Below, one piece after another: positions 19,921 through 29,299 of a DNA stretch of 64,000 nucleotides; positions within the stretch are counted from its first letter, which is position 1, and the number at the start of each line of letters is the position of its first letter. The stretch spans positions 271,532 through 335,531 of the forward strand of contig CAVXXB010000008.1 in the NCBI GenBank assembly GCA_963765585.1, written 5' to 3'. The position numbers were made by a program, and so were the translations under genes. Source of the DNA: Calditrichia bacterium. Lineage in GTDB: Bacteria; Calditrichota; Calditrichia; JAJRVZ01. The notes under the pieces were generated by a model. That model ran no database searches. It was given only the letters and a program-made list of their open reading frames with translations, and was not told where the DNA came from.

Positions 19921-21024
19921 TTATTTTGTATTAATCATCGAATTTGTAGTCTGGCTGTCAAAAAAATGAATTTTATCTGTGTTGATGAAAAGAGTGACAA
20001 CATCGTTCACAGCCGGCTGGATATTTGGATCCGCACGCATAATAAAAGCATGATTATTCTTGCTTAAATATATAATCAATTCATTGCCCATGGGTTCAAT
20101 CACATCAATTTTAGCCTCGATGCGGGACTCCACGGCTGCGGAGGCTGGTTTAAATGAAAAATTCTCAGGCCGCACACCCATAGTGACCTGTTGCCCGTCT
20201 GATATCTGTAACTGGCCTGATATTTTCTCAGGTATCTCGATATCACCCAAATCTGATTTAAATGAATATTTTCCATTTTTCATCAACTGGCCATCGAAAA
20301 AATTCATAGCCGGACTACCAATAAATCCTGCCACAAATTTATTCTGTGGATTCTCATACAAAGCCAGGGGCTTTTCCACCTGTTGAATCAGGCCATCTTT
20401 AAGGACGGTGATTCGATCACCCATTGTCATTGCTTCCACCTGGTCATGGGTGACGTAAATCATAGTTGTTGAGAGGGTTTGATGTAATTTACTTATTTCA
20501 ATGCGCATCTGAACACGTAGTTTGGCATCGAGATTAGATAATGGTTCATCAAATAGAAACACTTTCGGTTTTCTGACGATTGCCCTGCCTACGGCCACGC
20601 GCTGTCTTTGCCCACCTGATAATGCTTTAGGGCGTCGATCAAGATATTCGGTCAAATCGAGAATTTCGCTCGCTTCGTATACTCTGCTCTTTATTTGATC
20701 TTTCGGATATTTACGCAACTTTAATCCAAAGGCCATATTGTCAAACACAGTCATATGCGGATAAAGTGCATAATTTTGAAAAACCATGGCAATATCTCTG
20801 TCTTTTGGCGGTACCTCATTTACAATCTTCCCATCTATGGATATCTCGCCACTCGTAATATCTTCCAGACCGGCAATCATTCGCAATGTGGTTGATTTGC
20901 CACAACCCGAGGGGCCAACTAGTACCATAAACTCTTCATCTTTAATATGCAAATCCACATCTTTGACCACATGATTTTTATTATCAAAGATTTTATTCAG
21001 TTTTTTTAAGATAACTTCTGCCAT
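19921..21024 (-). CDS. Sugar ABC transporter ATP-binding protein, MalK/UgpC/MsmX type
   Basis: GPSGCGKST (Walker A), LSGGQRQRVA, FLFDEPLSNLD, C-terminal TOBE-like domain. No permease or binding-protein gene nearby. Confidence 0.9.
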   Translation of the reverse strand: MAEVILKKLNKIFDNKNHVVKDVDLHIKDEEFMVLVGPSGCGKSTTLRMIAGLEDITSGEISIDGKIVNEVPPKDRDIAMVFQNYALYPHMTVFDNMAFGLKLRKYPKDQIKSRVYEASEILDLTEYLDRRPKALSGGQRQRVAVGRAIVRKPKVFLFDEPLSNLDAKLRVQMRIEISKLHQTLSTTMIYVTHDQVEAMTMGDRITVLKDGLIQQVEKPLALYENPQNKFVAGFIGSPAMNFFDGQLMKNGKYSFKSDLGDIEIPEKISGQLQISDGQQVTMGVRPENFSFKPASAAVESRIEAKIDVIEPMGNELIIYLSKNNHAFIMRADPNIQPAVNDVVTLFINTDKIHFFDSQTTNSMINTK

Positions 21025-21192
21025 AATTGCCTCAACTTTTCTTTTATATGATTCAAATAATCATATGCTTAGGTACTATTTTTCTCTACGAATTGATTTT
21101 GGTAATTTTACCTGGTTTTAAGCCAGGTGAAATTCCAGGATGAAGTAAGTGGCTGTCGGCTAAAAGTGGATGGCCGGTAGCACTATATACAA

Positions 21193-22131
21193 TTATATCA
21201 TATACGAAAGAACCGGCAAGATCGTCAAAAGAGTAAATGCGATCAGGCTGAAAAAACCCGTTTTGAACAGAGGTAAAATAATGAGTCGAATTCTACTCAC
21301 ATCAAGAAAATAACGTTTATTTGCCAGAATAATTATATTCGATATGACAGTAAACAGGCACAGCCCGAAAAAGAGGATATAGATCCAACCAAGGTACCCA
21401 TATTTCCAGGATAATATTTTTAAGTTTAAGTCTATGGAATCGTACCAACCCACAAAATACGAAGTTCCAGTTGTCGCAAAGATAACACAAGTCGCAAGTA
21501 AAATTAAAAATACAGCAAGATATTGGTTTATAAAGCTGAGAGATCGCTTATAAATAAATAAAATATAATATAACAGCAGAATGGAAAACAAAACCAGAAT
21601 AATCAGAATCATATATTTAAAATTACCAGGATTGATGTACTGATACACAGACAACTGTGATGGACCGGGTATAAATAAACCTAAATAACCACGAAGGCCA
21701 TATATACCCGTAATAAGAAGATCAAATAATACCAGAAATGTTTGATACGCGGCAGATTTATTTTGAAAAATTTCAACAACATTGGGATTTAAAAAACGAC
21801 TTAAATACCTGAGATATAATGCAATTATCCAGAATACACTTAGAATAATGGATACCAGAAAGAAAGTGATATAGCCTGGAGAATTAAATCCCTTTACAAT
21901 TAATTCTGAAGGGCCGATTAACATGAGGCAAAACCGTGAGAAAAGCAGCACAAAAATAAAAACAGATCCTACTTTACGCCAAATCCGTGACTTCCGTCGT
22001 AAGCGTAATGATTCGTTGTTTTCTTTGCTTATAGATACAAGGCCCTTACGAGCCTTTAGAAAAGAAGAAGTAGAGACAAGGATGAATCCCAGAGCGAGAA
22101 AGGATAACAGAATAAAATAATCGTGTATCAC
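21193..22131 (-). CDS. Hypothetical polytopic membrane protein
   Basis: About 8 hydrophobic segments. No recognisable motif. Confidence 0.45.
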   Translation of the reverse strand: MIHDYFILLSFLALGFILVSTSSFLKARKGLVSISKENNESLRLRRKSRIWRKVGSVFIFVLLFSRFCLMLIGPSELIVKGFNSPGYITFFLVSIILSVFWIIALYLRYLSRFLNPNVVEIFQNKSAAYQTFLVLFDLLITGIYGLRGYLGLFIPGPSQLSVYQYINPGNFKYMILIILVLFSILLLYYILFIYKRSLSFINQYLAVFLILLATCVIFATTGTSYFVGWYDSIDLNLKILSWKYGYLGWIYILFFGLCLFTVISNIIILANKRYFLDVSRIRLIILPLFKTGFFSLIAFTLLTILPVLSYMI

Positions 22132-22229
22132 TCCTCTCCTCCTGAATTCTGGTTCAATATATTTTGAAAATTAAACAAAATGTCCTGCCATACTCCTGAA
22201 AACCAGGAATATGTCAGAAATCAACATCA

Positions 22230-22922
22230 TCAAGGGGTTTTGCTTAGATGTTCACCCAGAAGAATCATTTGGGATTCCGCATCCCGGACGCGTTGATTTG
22301 TTTTTGAATTATCAATAATTTTTTGAAATATTTCTTTCGCCGTCTCCGTATCGCCTGCTTTTTTATAGTTTAGACCACTCAAATAATAAAAGTTGTCAGA
22401 TTCAATATAATCCGGAGCCGATTTCGCTGCTGTACTATAATATTTTGCTGCCGCACTATAATCACCGGAAATTTCGCGGCAAGCTGCTAACCCGGCGTAT
22501 CCGGAAGATTGCAGGACTTCGCTGCCGGAATACGCATCTACAAATTCCTGAAAATAGAGCTCGGCTTCTTCATATTTTTTTTGCTGATAATAAATATTAG
22601 CCAAAATAAGCATGCCCTGTTGTCCTTCATCTGTACTACCATATTCTTCAATAAGACGAATTAAACGTTCACTCGCTTTATCCAGGTTGTTATTTGTATA
22701 CTCTATTTGGGCAATTCCCAACTCTGCCTGTGCTTCCGATCGTGTCTGATCTTTAAGTTGACCATAAACGATAAAAATTACGATCACAGCAAACACCGAG
22801 AGCACAACAGTAACTACCTGCCGGTAGTTTTCATCTATATATGTTTTTACCTGAAGCGTTTTTGTTACGAACTTATCTTCTTTAAGATCTTGTCTGCGAA
22901 CCCGTTTTTTTGGCTTTAACAT
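22230..22922 (-). CDS. YfgM-like single-pass TPR protein
   Basis: Basic N-terminus, one transmembrane helix (VVTVVLSVFAVIVIFIV), then TPR repeats. Confidence 0.55.
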   Translation of the reverse strand: MLKPKKRVRRQDLKEDKFVTKTLQVKTYIDENYRQVVTVVLSVFAVIVIFIVYGQLKDQTRSEAQAELGIAQIEYTNNNLDKASERLIRLIEEYGSTDEGQQGMLILANIYYQQKKYEEAELYFQEFVDAYSGSEVLQSSGYAGLAACREISGDYSAAAKYYSTAAKSAPDYIESDNFYYLSGLNYKKAGDTETAKEIFQKIIDNSKTNQRVRDAESQMILLGEHLSKTP

Positions 22923-23073
22923 TCCATCTCCTCATATTCGATTTATTGCGTCTCCCAACACAATCATAAATCACGATTACTTTTAATGCTGCAAATTTTG
23001 ATAAAAATTATAAATGCTAAATTTATCAAATTAATCAAGTTGAAACAAGCCTTTGGCAGGACTGATTGCAGAA

Positions 23074-23949
23074 TCAGAATTCTTTTACAATTGCAGACAG
23101 GTATTGTTTCATTTCATCAATATACTCTGGCCGCTGTAATGAAAATTCAATATTAGTTTTTATGAAATCCAACTTTGATCCCAGGTCGTATCTTTTTCCT
23201 TCAATTTGATACGAAAATATTCGTTCTCTCTTGAGCAATATCTGAAGAGCATCGGTCAATTGAACTTCATTATTCTTATCCGGTTGTGTTTTCTCAATAC
23301 TTTTAAAAATTTCAGGCGTTAGTATATACCGTCCGGCAATTGCCAGGTTTGACGGACTTTTCTTTAATTCAGGTTTTTCTACCAGGTTTGAGACTTCGCG
23401 AATGCTATCGTTTATCTCTTTTCCATCAATAATCCCAAAACGCCCAACCTTATCATCAGGAACTTCCTCCACTGCAATTATCGTTTGTTTATACTGTTCA
23501 TACATATCGATTAATTGCTGTGTTACCGGGATGACAGACTTAATTATAGAATCTCCCAGAAGAACGGCGAATGGTTCGTTCCCGATATGCTGCGCCGCAT
23601 AGAGAATTGCAGATCCAAGTCCACTCACCTCTTTTTGCCTGATAAAGTGAATATTTGCCATATCGCCAATCCGTCGAATCTCGTTATAGGCATCAGTGGA
23701 ATTATTCTGTTGTAAATAATATTCCAGATCGCTGTTCCGGTCAAAATGATCTTCAATTGCACGCTTCCCCTTGCCAATAATGATGAGTATGTCATCAATA
23801 CCGGAATCAACGGCCTCTTCCACAACATATTGTATGGCTGGTTTATCGATAATCGGCAGCATTTCTTTGGGTTGGGCCTTTGTTGCCGGAAGAAATTTTG
23901 TTCCCAGGCCGGCTGCCGGAATGACTGCTTTTTTTACCATTGTATGCAA
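23074..23949 (-). CDS. galU: UTP-glucose-1-phosphate uridylyltransferase (GalU-type sugar-1-P nucleotidyltransferase)
   Basis: KAVIPAAGLGTKFLPATKAQPKEMLPIIDKPAIQYVVEEA, VEKP. Confidence 0.88.
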   Translation of the reverse strand: MHTMVKKAVIPAAGLGTKFLPATKAQPKEMLPIIDKPAIQYVVEEAVDSGIDDILIIIGKGKRAIEDHFDRNSDLEYYLQQNNSTDAYNEIRRIGDMANIHFIRQKEVSGLGSAILYAAQHIGNEPFAVLLGDSIIKSVIPVTQQLIDMYEQYKQTIIAVEEVPDDKVGRFGIIDGKEINDSIREVSNLVEKPELKKSPSNLAIAGRYILTPEIFKSIEKTQPDKNNEVQLTDALQILLKRERIFSYQIEGKRYDLGSKLDFIKTNIEFSLQRPEYIDEMKQYLSAIVKEF

Positions 23950-23953
23950 ACTC

Positions 23954-24949
23954 CTAACTTATGAATGGTCGTATCACCCTTGCTTTTACATCACGCAGAC
24001 CATTTTTCAGGCGATTTAACATTTCGTCATCGTGGTAGATTCCTATAATTGATCCACCGGAGCCGGCAAATTTCGCCGATGCCCCACATGACCGTGCAAT
24101 TTTTACCATCTGCATATTTTCATCACTAATATTCATTATTTTACAGCGCAGATCAAAATTTTCATTAATCAAAGCATGTAAACGTATATTATCACCCTCG
24201 TTTATTGCATCTCTGCCCTCTCGTGCAATATCTGCGATGCGCTGAAGGGTTTCTACAACTACCGGATCATTTTGCTCATATCGGACGCGGATGTCATTTA
24301 GTACAAACCCCGATACTTTACTCAGCTCAGTCTTATATGCCATATACAATTTGGGTAAATTTTCCTTTTTCAAATATGAATATTGACCATGCCCTTTTTT
24401 ATCCATGAATTTTTTATCAAAATCCATATAGACACAACCTTCATATACTTGTATAACACGATCTTGCAAACCCGCATTTATCCCTAATTCCTCTTTTTCC
24501 GTAGCAAGGATCAAGGATGGCAAGACTTCCTTCGGAATTTTAATGCCATAAAAACTAATCAAAGCCTTCATCGTTGCAGTAATTATTGCGCTCGATCCCG
24601 CCATACCAACCTGTCTGGGAATCGTTGAATGATATCGGATAGTGAAATTTTTATTATCAATACGAAGGTCATGATCATGGCAGTATTCATATATCTTTTT
24701 TACAGATGCTTTTATCAAGCGATCGGCGCCATAATAACCATGAAGATTGATTGAATCCACAAGATCATAGATATTACGGTATATATGCATATCCTGGGGT
24801 TGCGGTTCTATGCGTAATTCAGGAGATTCATATAAGGATACATGGGCACCAAAATTACGGACACTTACCGAAATCGTTCGCCCATTATATCCATCGGAAG
24901 GATTGCCAAGTAGTCCTGCGCGTGCATAAGCGCGAGATTCAATAATCAT
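23954..24949 (-). CDS. GHMP-family sugar kinase resembling plant glucuronokinase
   Basis: YARAGLLGNPSDGYNGRTIS, IPRQVGMAGSSAI (GHMP motif II), GLQDRVIQVY, AKFAGSGGS. The pattern matches my recollection of Arabidopsis GlcAK along its whole length. Confidence 0.65.
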   Translation of the reverse strand: MIIESRAYARAGLLGNPSDGYNGRTISVSVRNFGAHVSLYESPELRIEPQPQDMHIYRNIYDLVDSINLHGYYGADRLIKASVKKIYEYCHDHDLRIDNKNFTIRYHSTIPRQVGMAGSSAIITATMKALISFYGIKIPKEVLPSLILATEKEELGINAGLQDRVIQVYEGCVYMDFDKKFMDKKGHGQYSYLKKENLPKLYMAYKTELSKVSGFVLNDIRVRYEQNDPVVVETLQRIADIAREGRDAINEGDNIRLHALINENFDLRCKIMNISDENMQMVKIARSCGASAKFAGSGGSIIGIYHDDEMLNRLKNGLRDVKARVIRPFIS

Positions 24950-25228
24950 TTAATATCCTGCCCTGCTAATAATATTATTCATTCCAAATGAGACCCTGAA
25001 ATTCTGAAATTAATTCAGTACAAGCAAGTTCAGGGTGACTTCATCTTCATCCCGAACTTGATTCGGGATCTATATAGTGGCTAATTATCGGATGCTAATT
25101 TATAAAAAATACAAATAAGACTCAAAAAGATGATGCATGAGAAGATATATATATAAAAGAAATCTCTCGCAGAGTCGCAGAGACGCGAAAATATTTGAAT
25201 AAAAAATCTGATATAAGGGATTTGGAAC

Positions 25229-25375
25229 TGGGAATTGGGACTTTGTTATTTGTAATTCGTAATTGGTAATTTTAAACATTGCGCAATAATAACAGGCGGC
25301 AGATACCTAATTACCAGTTCCCAATTCCTAATTACCAATAACCAATTACAAATTACTCGTTTATAGTATCTACAA
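25229..25375. repeat. Block of GTAATT / AATTAC and GGGAATTGGGA / TCCCAATTCC words in inverted sub-blocks
   Basis: Related word runs at 33151-33190, 45761-45793 and 50476-50530. Confidence 0.55.
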
Positions 25376-25385
25376 TAGGCTTTGC

Positions 25386-25410
25386 TTACCCCGGATTAAT
25401 CCTGGGGTAA
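25386..25410. repeat. Palindrome family TTACCCC(A/G)GATTAATC(T/C)TGGGGTAA, copy 1
   Basis: TTACCCCGGATTAATCCTGGGGTAA. Confidence 0.8.
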
Positions 25411-25442
25411 AAGAAAACAAGGGGTATTGAATCAAATAAATT

Positions 25443-26660
25443 TTACAAAACACAAGAATACAAGTTTACCAGAAGTACGAAAGGATCATAACTTTTTGCA
25501 GATTTTAGATTTCTCACTTTGCGCAAATTCTTATAGAGGTCAATATACTTTGATTGATTTGCATATTCACCATAAAAAAGTATGGAAAATGGTTCTCTTT
25601 CTGTGCTGGGAATTATTTGCTTGCCTTTCCATGAGGCTGGATTTCTGAGATAGGGGTACACATAATCCATCGTTGTCTCAATACTGCCTCTTTCACTGTT
25701 AGTAACGCGCCAAAGATCAACATCCTGAAGTTCAGCCATTCGGAATAACAAGGCAAAGGCATTTAAATTAAACAAAGTGTAGTCAAATGACCGGGTTCTT
25801 TTTTCCTCCAGGGGAAATCGCCCATCCGAAGCAATCTGTTTTTCAAGCAGGGTATGATGTGCAAAATCCCAAATCATTTCGCTTGTATCATCATCGTCAG
25901 TAAAATTAGCATAAGCTGCCACCTGCACCGCCCACCAGGTACTGTGATTATTCCCTTGATTTTGCTCATCAGTGCCATTTTTACTTGTTAACATCCAATT
26001 CAGATATGATCTAAACCAATTTTTTAGTTCTGCCTTATCTTTATCCAGCCATTGTCCGCTGGCCTCAATAAACCCTAAAAATGTGATCATTTTTGCCAAA
26101 CGGTGGGTATCAATAATTCCAACTCCCCGGCCACTACTTTTATTTGGGATCGCCTGACCGTAATCAAGATGTGGGTTCATGCGTGTTTCATCATCAATAA
26201 ACCAAACTCTCAGCAGATATAGAGCGCGATCTGTATACTCCGGTTTATTTAGAAAAAAACCAGCCATGCTGAGAATACTTACTGTCTGATGCATTTTCTG
26301 AAGACCGTTTTTGTGATCCATGAACCGATCCGGATTTCTCAGGCCATCTTTCCGGATGTAAGGTCCGTCCGGATCATCCGGATTTGGCCACCAGTAGGGA
26401 CTTTCACTGTAATAATCATGTGGATCACCACTTATGGCTTTACCCTTGCTAAAGGTCACAGACCAGGGACCTTGGTCCATACAATATTCCGCCATTTCCC
26501 TTAACTCTCGGACGAATGGTTTAATGTTTGCGTCGTCATTGACAATGGCAGATTTTATCAGTTGAACTTGTTCAGGTGTAAAGACAAGATAATTTGAACT
26601 GGCAGAGACAAATTTGGATAAAATAATGAGGCTAGTGAATATATATGTTAACTTTTTCAT
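25443..26660 (-). CDS. Alginate-lyase-family protein (PF05426 / PL5-like alpha/alpha toroid), secreted
   Basis: Signal peptide. RMNPHLDYGQAI, GVGIIDTHRL, QGNNHSTWWAVQ (equivalent to the NNHSYW catalytic motif). Confidence 0.7.
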   Translation of the reverse strand: MKKLTYIFTSLIILSKFVSASSNYLVFTPEQVQLIKSAIVNDDANIKPFVRELREMAEYCMDQGPWSVTFSKGKAISGDPHDYYSESPYWWPNPDDPDGPYIRKDGLRNPDRFMDHKNGLQKMHQTVSILSMAGFFLNKPEYTDRALYLLRVWFIDDETRMNPHLDYGQAIPNKSSGRGVGIIDTHRLAKMITFLGFIEASGQWLDKDKAELKNWFRSYLNWMLTSKNGTDEQNQGNNHSTWWAVQVAAYANFTDDDDTSEMIWDFAHHTLLEKQIASDGRFPLEEKRTRSFDYTLFNLNAFALLFRMAELQDVDLWRVTNSERGSIETTMDYVYPYLRNPASWKGKQIIPSTEREPFSILFYGEYANQSKYIDLYKNLRKVRNLKSAKSYDPFVLLVNLYSCVL

Positions 26661-26700
26661 ATTATTCGGTGTTTTAAATATAGGATTAATTTTTATTTTG

Positions 26701-26815
26701 GACAGGATAACAGGATAAATGGATTAAATTATCGTCATCCTGAACCCGGTTCAGGATCTATAAATTTAAGATGCTGAAATAAATTCAGCATGACCGGTTG
26801 GCACTTAATACTAAT
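26701..26815. repeat. Left arm of a ~115-bp inverted repeat flanking the PL6 gene
   Basis: GACAGGATAACAGGATAA tip, then hairpins GTCATCCTGAAC..GTTCAGGATC and ATGCTGAAATAAATTCAGCAT. The reverse complement aligns with 29159-29281. Confidence 0.75.
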
Positions 26816-26880
26816 TGAAGAAAATAATTTTTATCCGTGTTATCCGCGTTCTATTTATTTCATTTTGGTATCGTATGATA

Positions 26881-27816
26881 TTACTTAATGAGGATCATCT
26901 TTTTCATCTGAGAGAAAGACCCGGAACGCAGCCTGTAGTGATAGATTCCTGATGCCAAATGTGAAGCATCATAGTTAACCTCATGCTGACCAGCATATAA
27001 CCTTTGATTCAGAATGGTGTCAATTTTATGCCCCAGGCTATTATAAATCTCAATTACCGTCTCTCCGGCTTCCGCTATTGAAAACACAATGCGTGTTTCC
27101 GGATTAAACGGATTGGGATAGTTTTGAGACAGATGGTATGAATGGCTAATACCAGGTCTCTCTATAGAGGTTACATCGAGAAATTTTGCCTGTATTGCCT
27201 TATCTGCATCCATTATTAAACTATCTGGATTCAAATCACCGCTAAGAGCGCCACTCCAGCTATCAAATATCCAGTCATCATCTGGAACGGCAGTTACCCA
27301 TACCACTGTTCCCGGTGAATAACTATTTCCCGGTGGATCATACAAAAGCTGGCCCTTTCCTATAATCCATGGGACAATTTTATACTGTGTGGGTGGTGAA
27401 AACCTGGCAATAACCGTCTTATCATCATCAATGTAGATGCTGTCAACGGGATTTGTACCACTTAAATCCCCACTCCATTCAGAAAAGGTCCAGTCATCTA
27501 AAGGCACTGCAGTAAGCGTTACCCAGGTTCCAACCTCATACAACCCGCCCACCGGATCCAACTCAACACTACCTGAACCATCCAGCTGGATAGAAAGAAC
27601 CTTTGGAATGAGCGGATTATTTAACCAATTTGGTCCGACACTATCCGGTGTAACCGGTCTTCTTTTAATATCTTCAAGCGAGAATTCGTCACTGCCTATA
27701 TCAAGTTTTCCCTGTATACGGGCCTGACCATCAAAATCATCAATGATAAAACTAAAATCACCCGTAGCAGAATCAATAGCCGGACTATTCTCTGAGAGTG
27801 CGCCACAAACCATCAT
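26881..27816 (-). CDS. C-terminal part of the split PL6 lyase: two divergent InlB-B-repeat domains plus a T9SS C-terminal sorting domain
   Basis: VGTWVTLTAVPLDDWTFSEWSGDLSG and PGTVVWVTAVPDDDWIFDSWSGALSG repeats. NYPNPFNPETRIVF...MILIK. Begins ...SENSPAIDSA, which continues the PL6 ORF after a +1 shift near 27797-27800. Confidence 0.75.
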   Translation of the reverse strand: MMVCGALSENSPAIDSATGDFSFIIDDFDGQARIQGKLDIGSDEFSLEDIKRRPVTPDSVGPNWLNNPLIPKVLSIQLDGSGSVELDPVGGLYEVGTWVTLTAVPLDDWTFSEWSGDLSGTNPVDSIYIDDDKTVIARFSPPTQYKIVPWIIGKGQLLYDPPGNSYSPGTVVWVTAVPDDDWIFDSWSGALSGDLNPDSLIMDADKAIQAKFLDVTSIERPGISHSYHLSQNYPNPFNPETRIVFSIAEAGETVIEIYNSLGHKIDTILNQRLYAGQHEVNYDASHLASGIYHYRLRSGSFSQMKKMILIK

Positions 27817-29056
27817 TTTCCAATGCTAATAAAGGATCAGTAATTAAAATTCCTTCTGGTTGGGTAATTCCCAGGCTGGCTCCATAAAAGATATTGGATA
27901 TCCAGGTCATATTTTCAGGTTCATCATCCTGATCAATCAGGGGACTCCTTGTTCCGGATACAATATTATTGCCAATGGTACAATCAAGTGGTGGCAGTGA
28001 TCTTTCGGTACTCACACCGGTGCCGATTGTGATGTTTCTGTAATTCTCGGTAAAGGTATTATGTAATATTTGTGCGTTTTTTACTTGAAAATATCGGTTT
28101 AGCGGGGAGTTTGGCACACCGTTCTCAATTGAGAGCGCAGATCTTGAGCCGTTACCGCCAAGTTGAGTAAAATAGTTATTATAAATAATATGATCTTCAC
28201 CGATGACACGAATTCCACCGGACTGACTATTGCCATTTCCATTAAAATAATTATTATATATTTTACCGTGATTACCATGACGTAATGTAAGAGTTCCTTC
28301 ACACTCGTAAAACGTATTGTAGCGAAACGTGTTATTACCCGATTTGTTTGAGATTATCTCAATTTCTCCGTCGCAGTTTTCAAAATAATTACTTTCTACC
28401 ACGGAGTAGGAATCATTCATGGAGTAATCGCTGGTTCCTATGCGGATGGTTTCACCGCCATTAAAACCCAGATTGGGACGATAGCCAAAGTAATTGTGAT
28501 CGATACGGTGATAGTGTGCCGGCGGATTGGCCACCCTGTCAAACCAGATAACCAGTGTTGTACCGTCATGGTTTTTACCATAGAAATAGCAGTGATCCAC
28601 ACGGTTATTAGTGCCGTACACAGAAACCCATTTATATCCAGTGCCCACGCTCTCCGGATTGTAGTTTATTATACCGGTATTTGTCAGGCGGCAATGATGG
28701 GATTCAGTTCCATCCCGGAATTCAATTACCGCGCTGCTGCTATTACTTCTGCCATTGAGGAACCGTAAGCCATCAACCACCAGATATGTGCCGGCAATTC
28801 TGAGAGAGGCAATTCCGGTCAAATTTACAAAACCAGGAGTTTCCGCCCTGAGCAGAATTGGATTACCCTCTTCCCCATTACCTGAAAATACAATATATGA
28901 GTTATGCCAGACACCATTTGCCATAGTCAATGTGTCGCCAGGCTGGGCCACATCCATGGCACTGTTTATTTCTTCCGCAGTCCTAACATAATAGTCGGTT
29001 GCTGTCGAGATTCCAAAGAGTAACAACAGAGCGAGTATCAGGTAATTGAGTTTCAT
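27785..29056 (-). CDS. PL6-family polysaccharide lyase (alginate / chondroitinase-B type beta-helix), catalytic part, frameshift-split
   Basis: Signal peptide. VAQPGDTLTMANGVWHNSYIVFSGNGEEGNPILLRAETPGFVNLTG...YLVVDGLRFLNG is the PL6 N-terminal pattern, followed by repeated beta-helix coils. Confidence 0.8.
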   Translation of the reverse strand: MKLNYLILALLLLFGISTATDYYVRTAEEINSAMDVAQPGDTLTMANGVWHNSYIVFSGNGEEGNPILLRAETPGFVNLTGIASLRIAGTYLVVDGLRFLNGRSNSSSAVIEFRDGTESHHCRLTNTGIINYNPESVGTGYKWVSVYGTNNRVDHCYFYGKNHDGTTLVIWFDRVANPPAHYHRIDHNYFGYRPNLGFNGGETIRIGTSDYSMNDSYSVVESNYFENCDGEIEIISNKSGNNTFRYNTFYECEGTLTLRHGNHGKIYNNYFNGNGNSQSGGIRVIGEDHIIYNNYFTQLGGNGSRSALSIENGVPNSPLNRYFQVKNAQILHNTFTENYRNITIGTGVSTERSLPPLDCTIGNNIVSGTRSPLIDQDDEPENMTWISNIFYGASLGITQPEGILITDPLLALENDGLWRTLRE

Positions 29057-29158
29057 AATTTTTCTTTCATAAATTCTGTTGTTTGTTGATTGCTATTTAT
29101 TGAACATAGATGACACGGAATACGCGGATTACCGTGGATAAAAATTGTTTTCGTCAGC

Positions 29159-29281
29159 AAGTATTAAATGCCATCCGGTCATGCTGAATCCTGACCTGTC
29201 GTCAGGACAGGTTTATTTCAGCATCTTAAATTTAAAGATCCTGAACCAAGTTCAGGATGACGAGAGTATTATCCTGTTATC
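29159..29281. repeat. Right arm of the inverted repeat flanking the PL6 gene, carrying a 23-bp nested hairpin insertion
   Basis: About 90 percent identity by eye to the reverse complement of the left arm. Extra TCCTGACCTGTCGTCAGGACAGG inside the ATGCTGAA...TTCAGCAT hairpin. Confidence 0.75.
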
Positions 29282-29299
29282 TTTTCAAAAAATATAATA

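Noticed and set aside
22998-23037. TTTGATAAA-N14-TTTATCAAA inverted repeat downstream of galU, considered as a terminator
   Set aside because: The stem is entirely A/T with a large loop and no U-tract, which is too weak to call.
25229-25375. An apparent ~50-bp-arm long hairpin
   Set aside because: The two sub-blocks are each inverted, but they occur in the order A-B ... A'-B' rather than A-B ... B'-A'. A single long stem therefore cannot form. I report it only as a word-repeat block.
26701-29281. The PL6 segment as a recombinase-driven invertible (phase-variable) switch
   Set aside because: No recombinase gene is present in the window, and the arms are longer and more degenerate than typical invertase sites. 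It is kept only as a minor alternative within the inverted-repeat finding.
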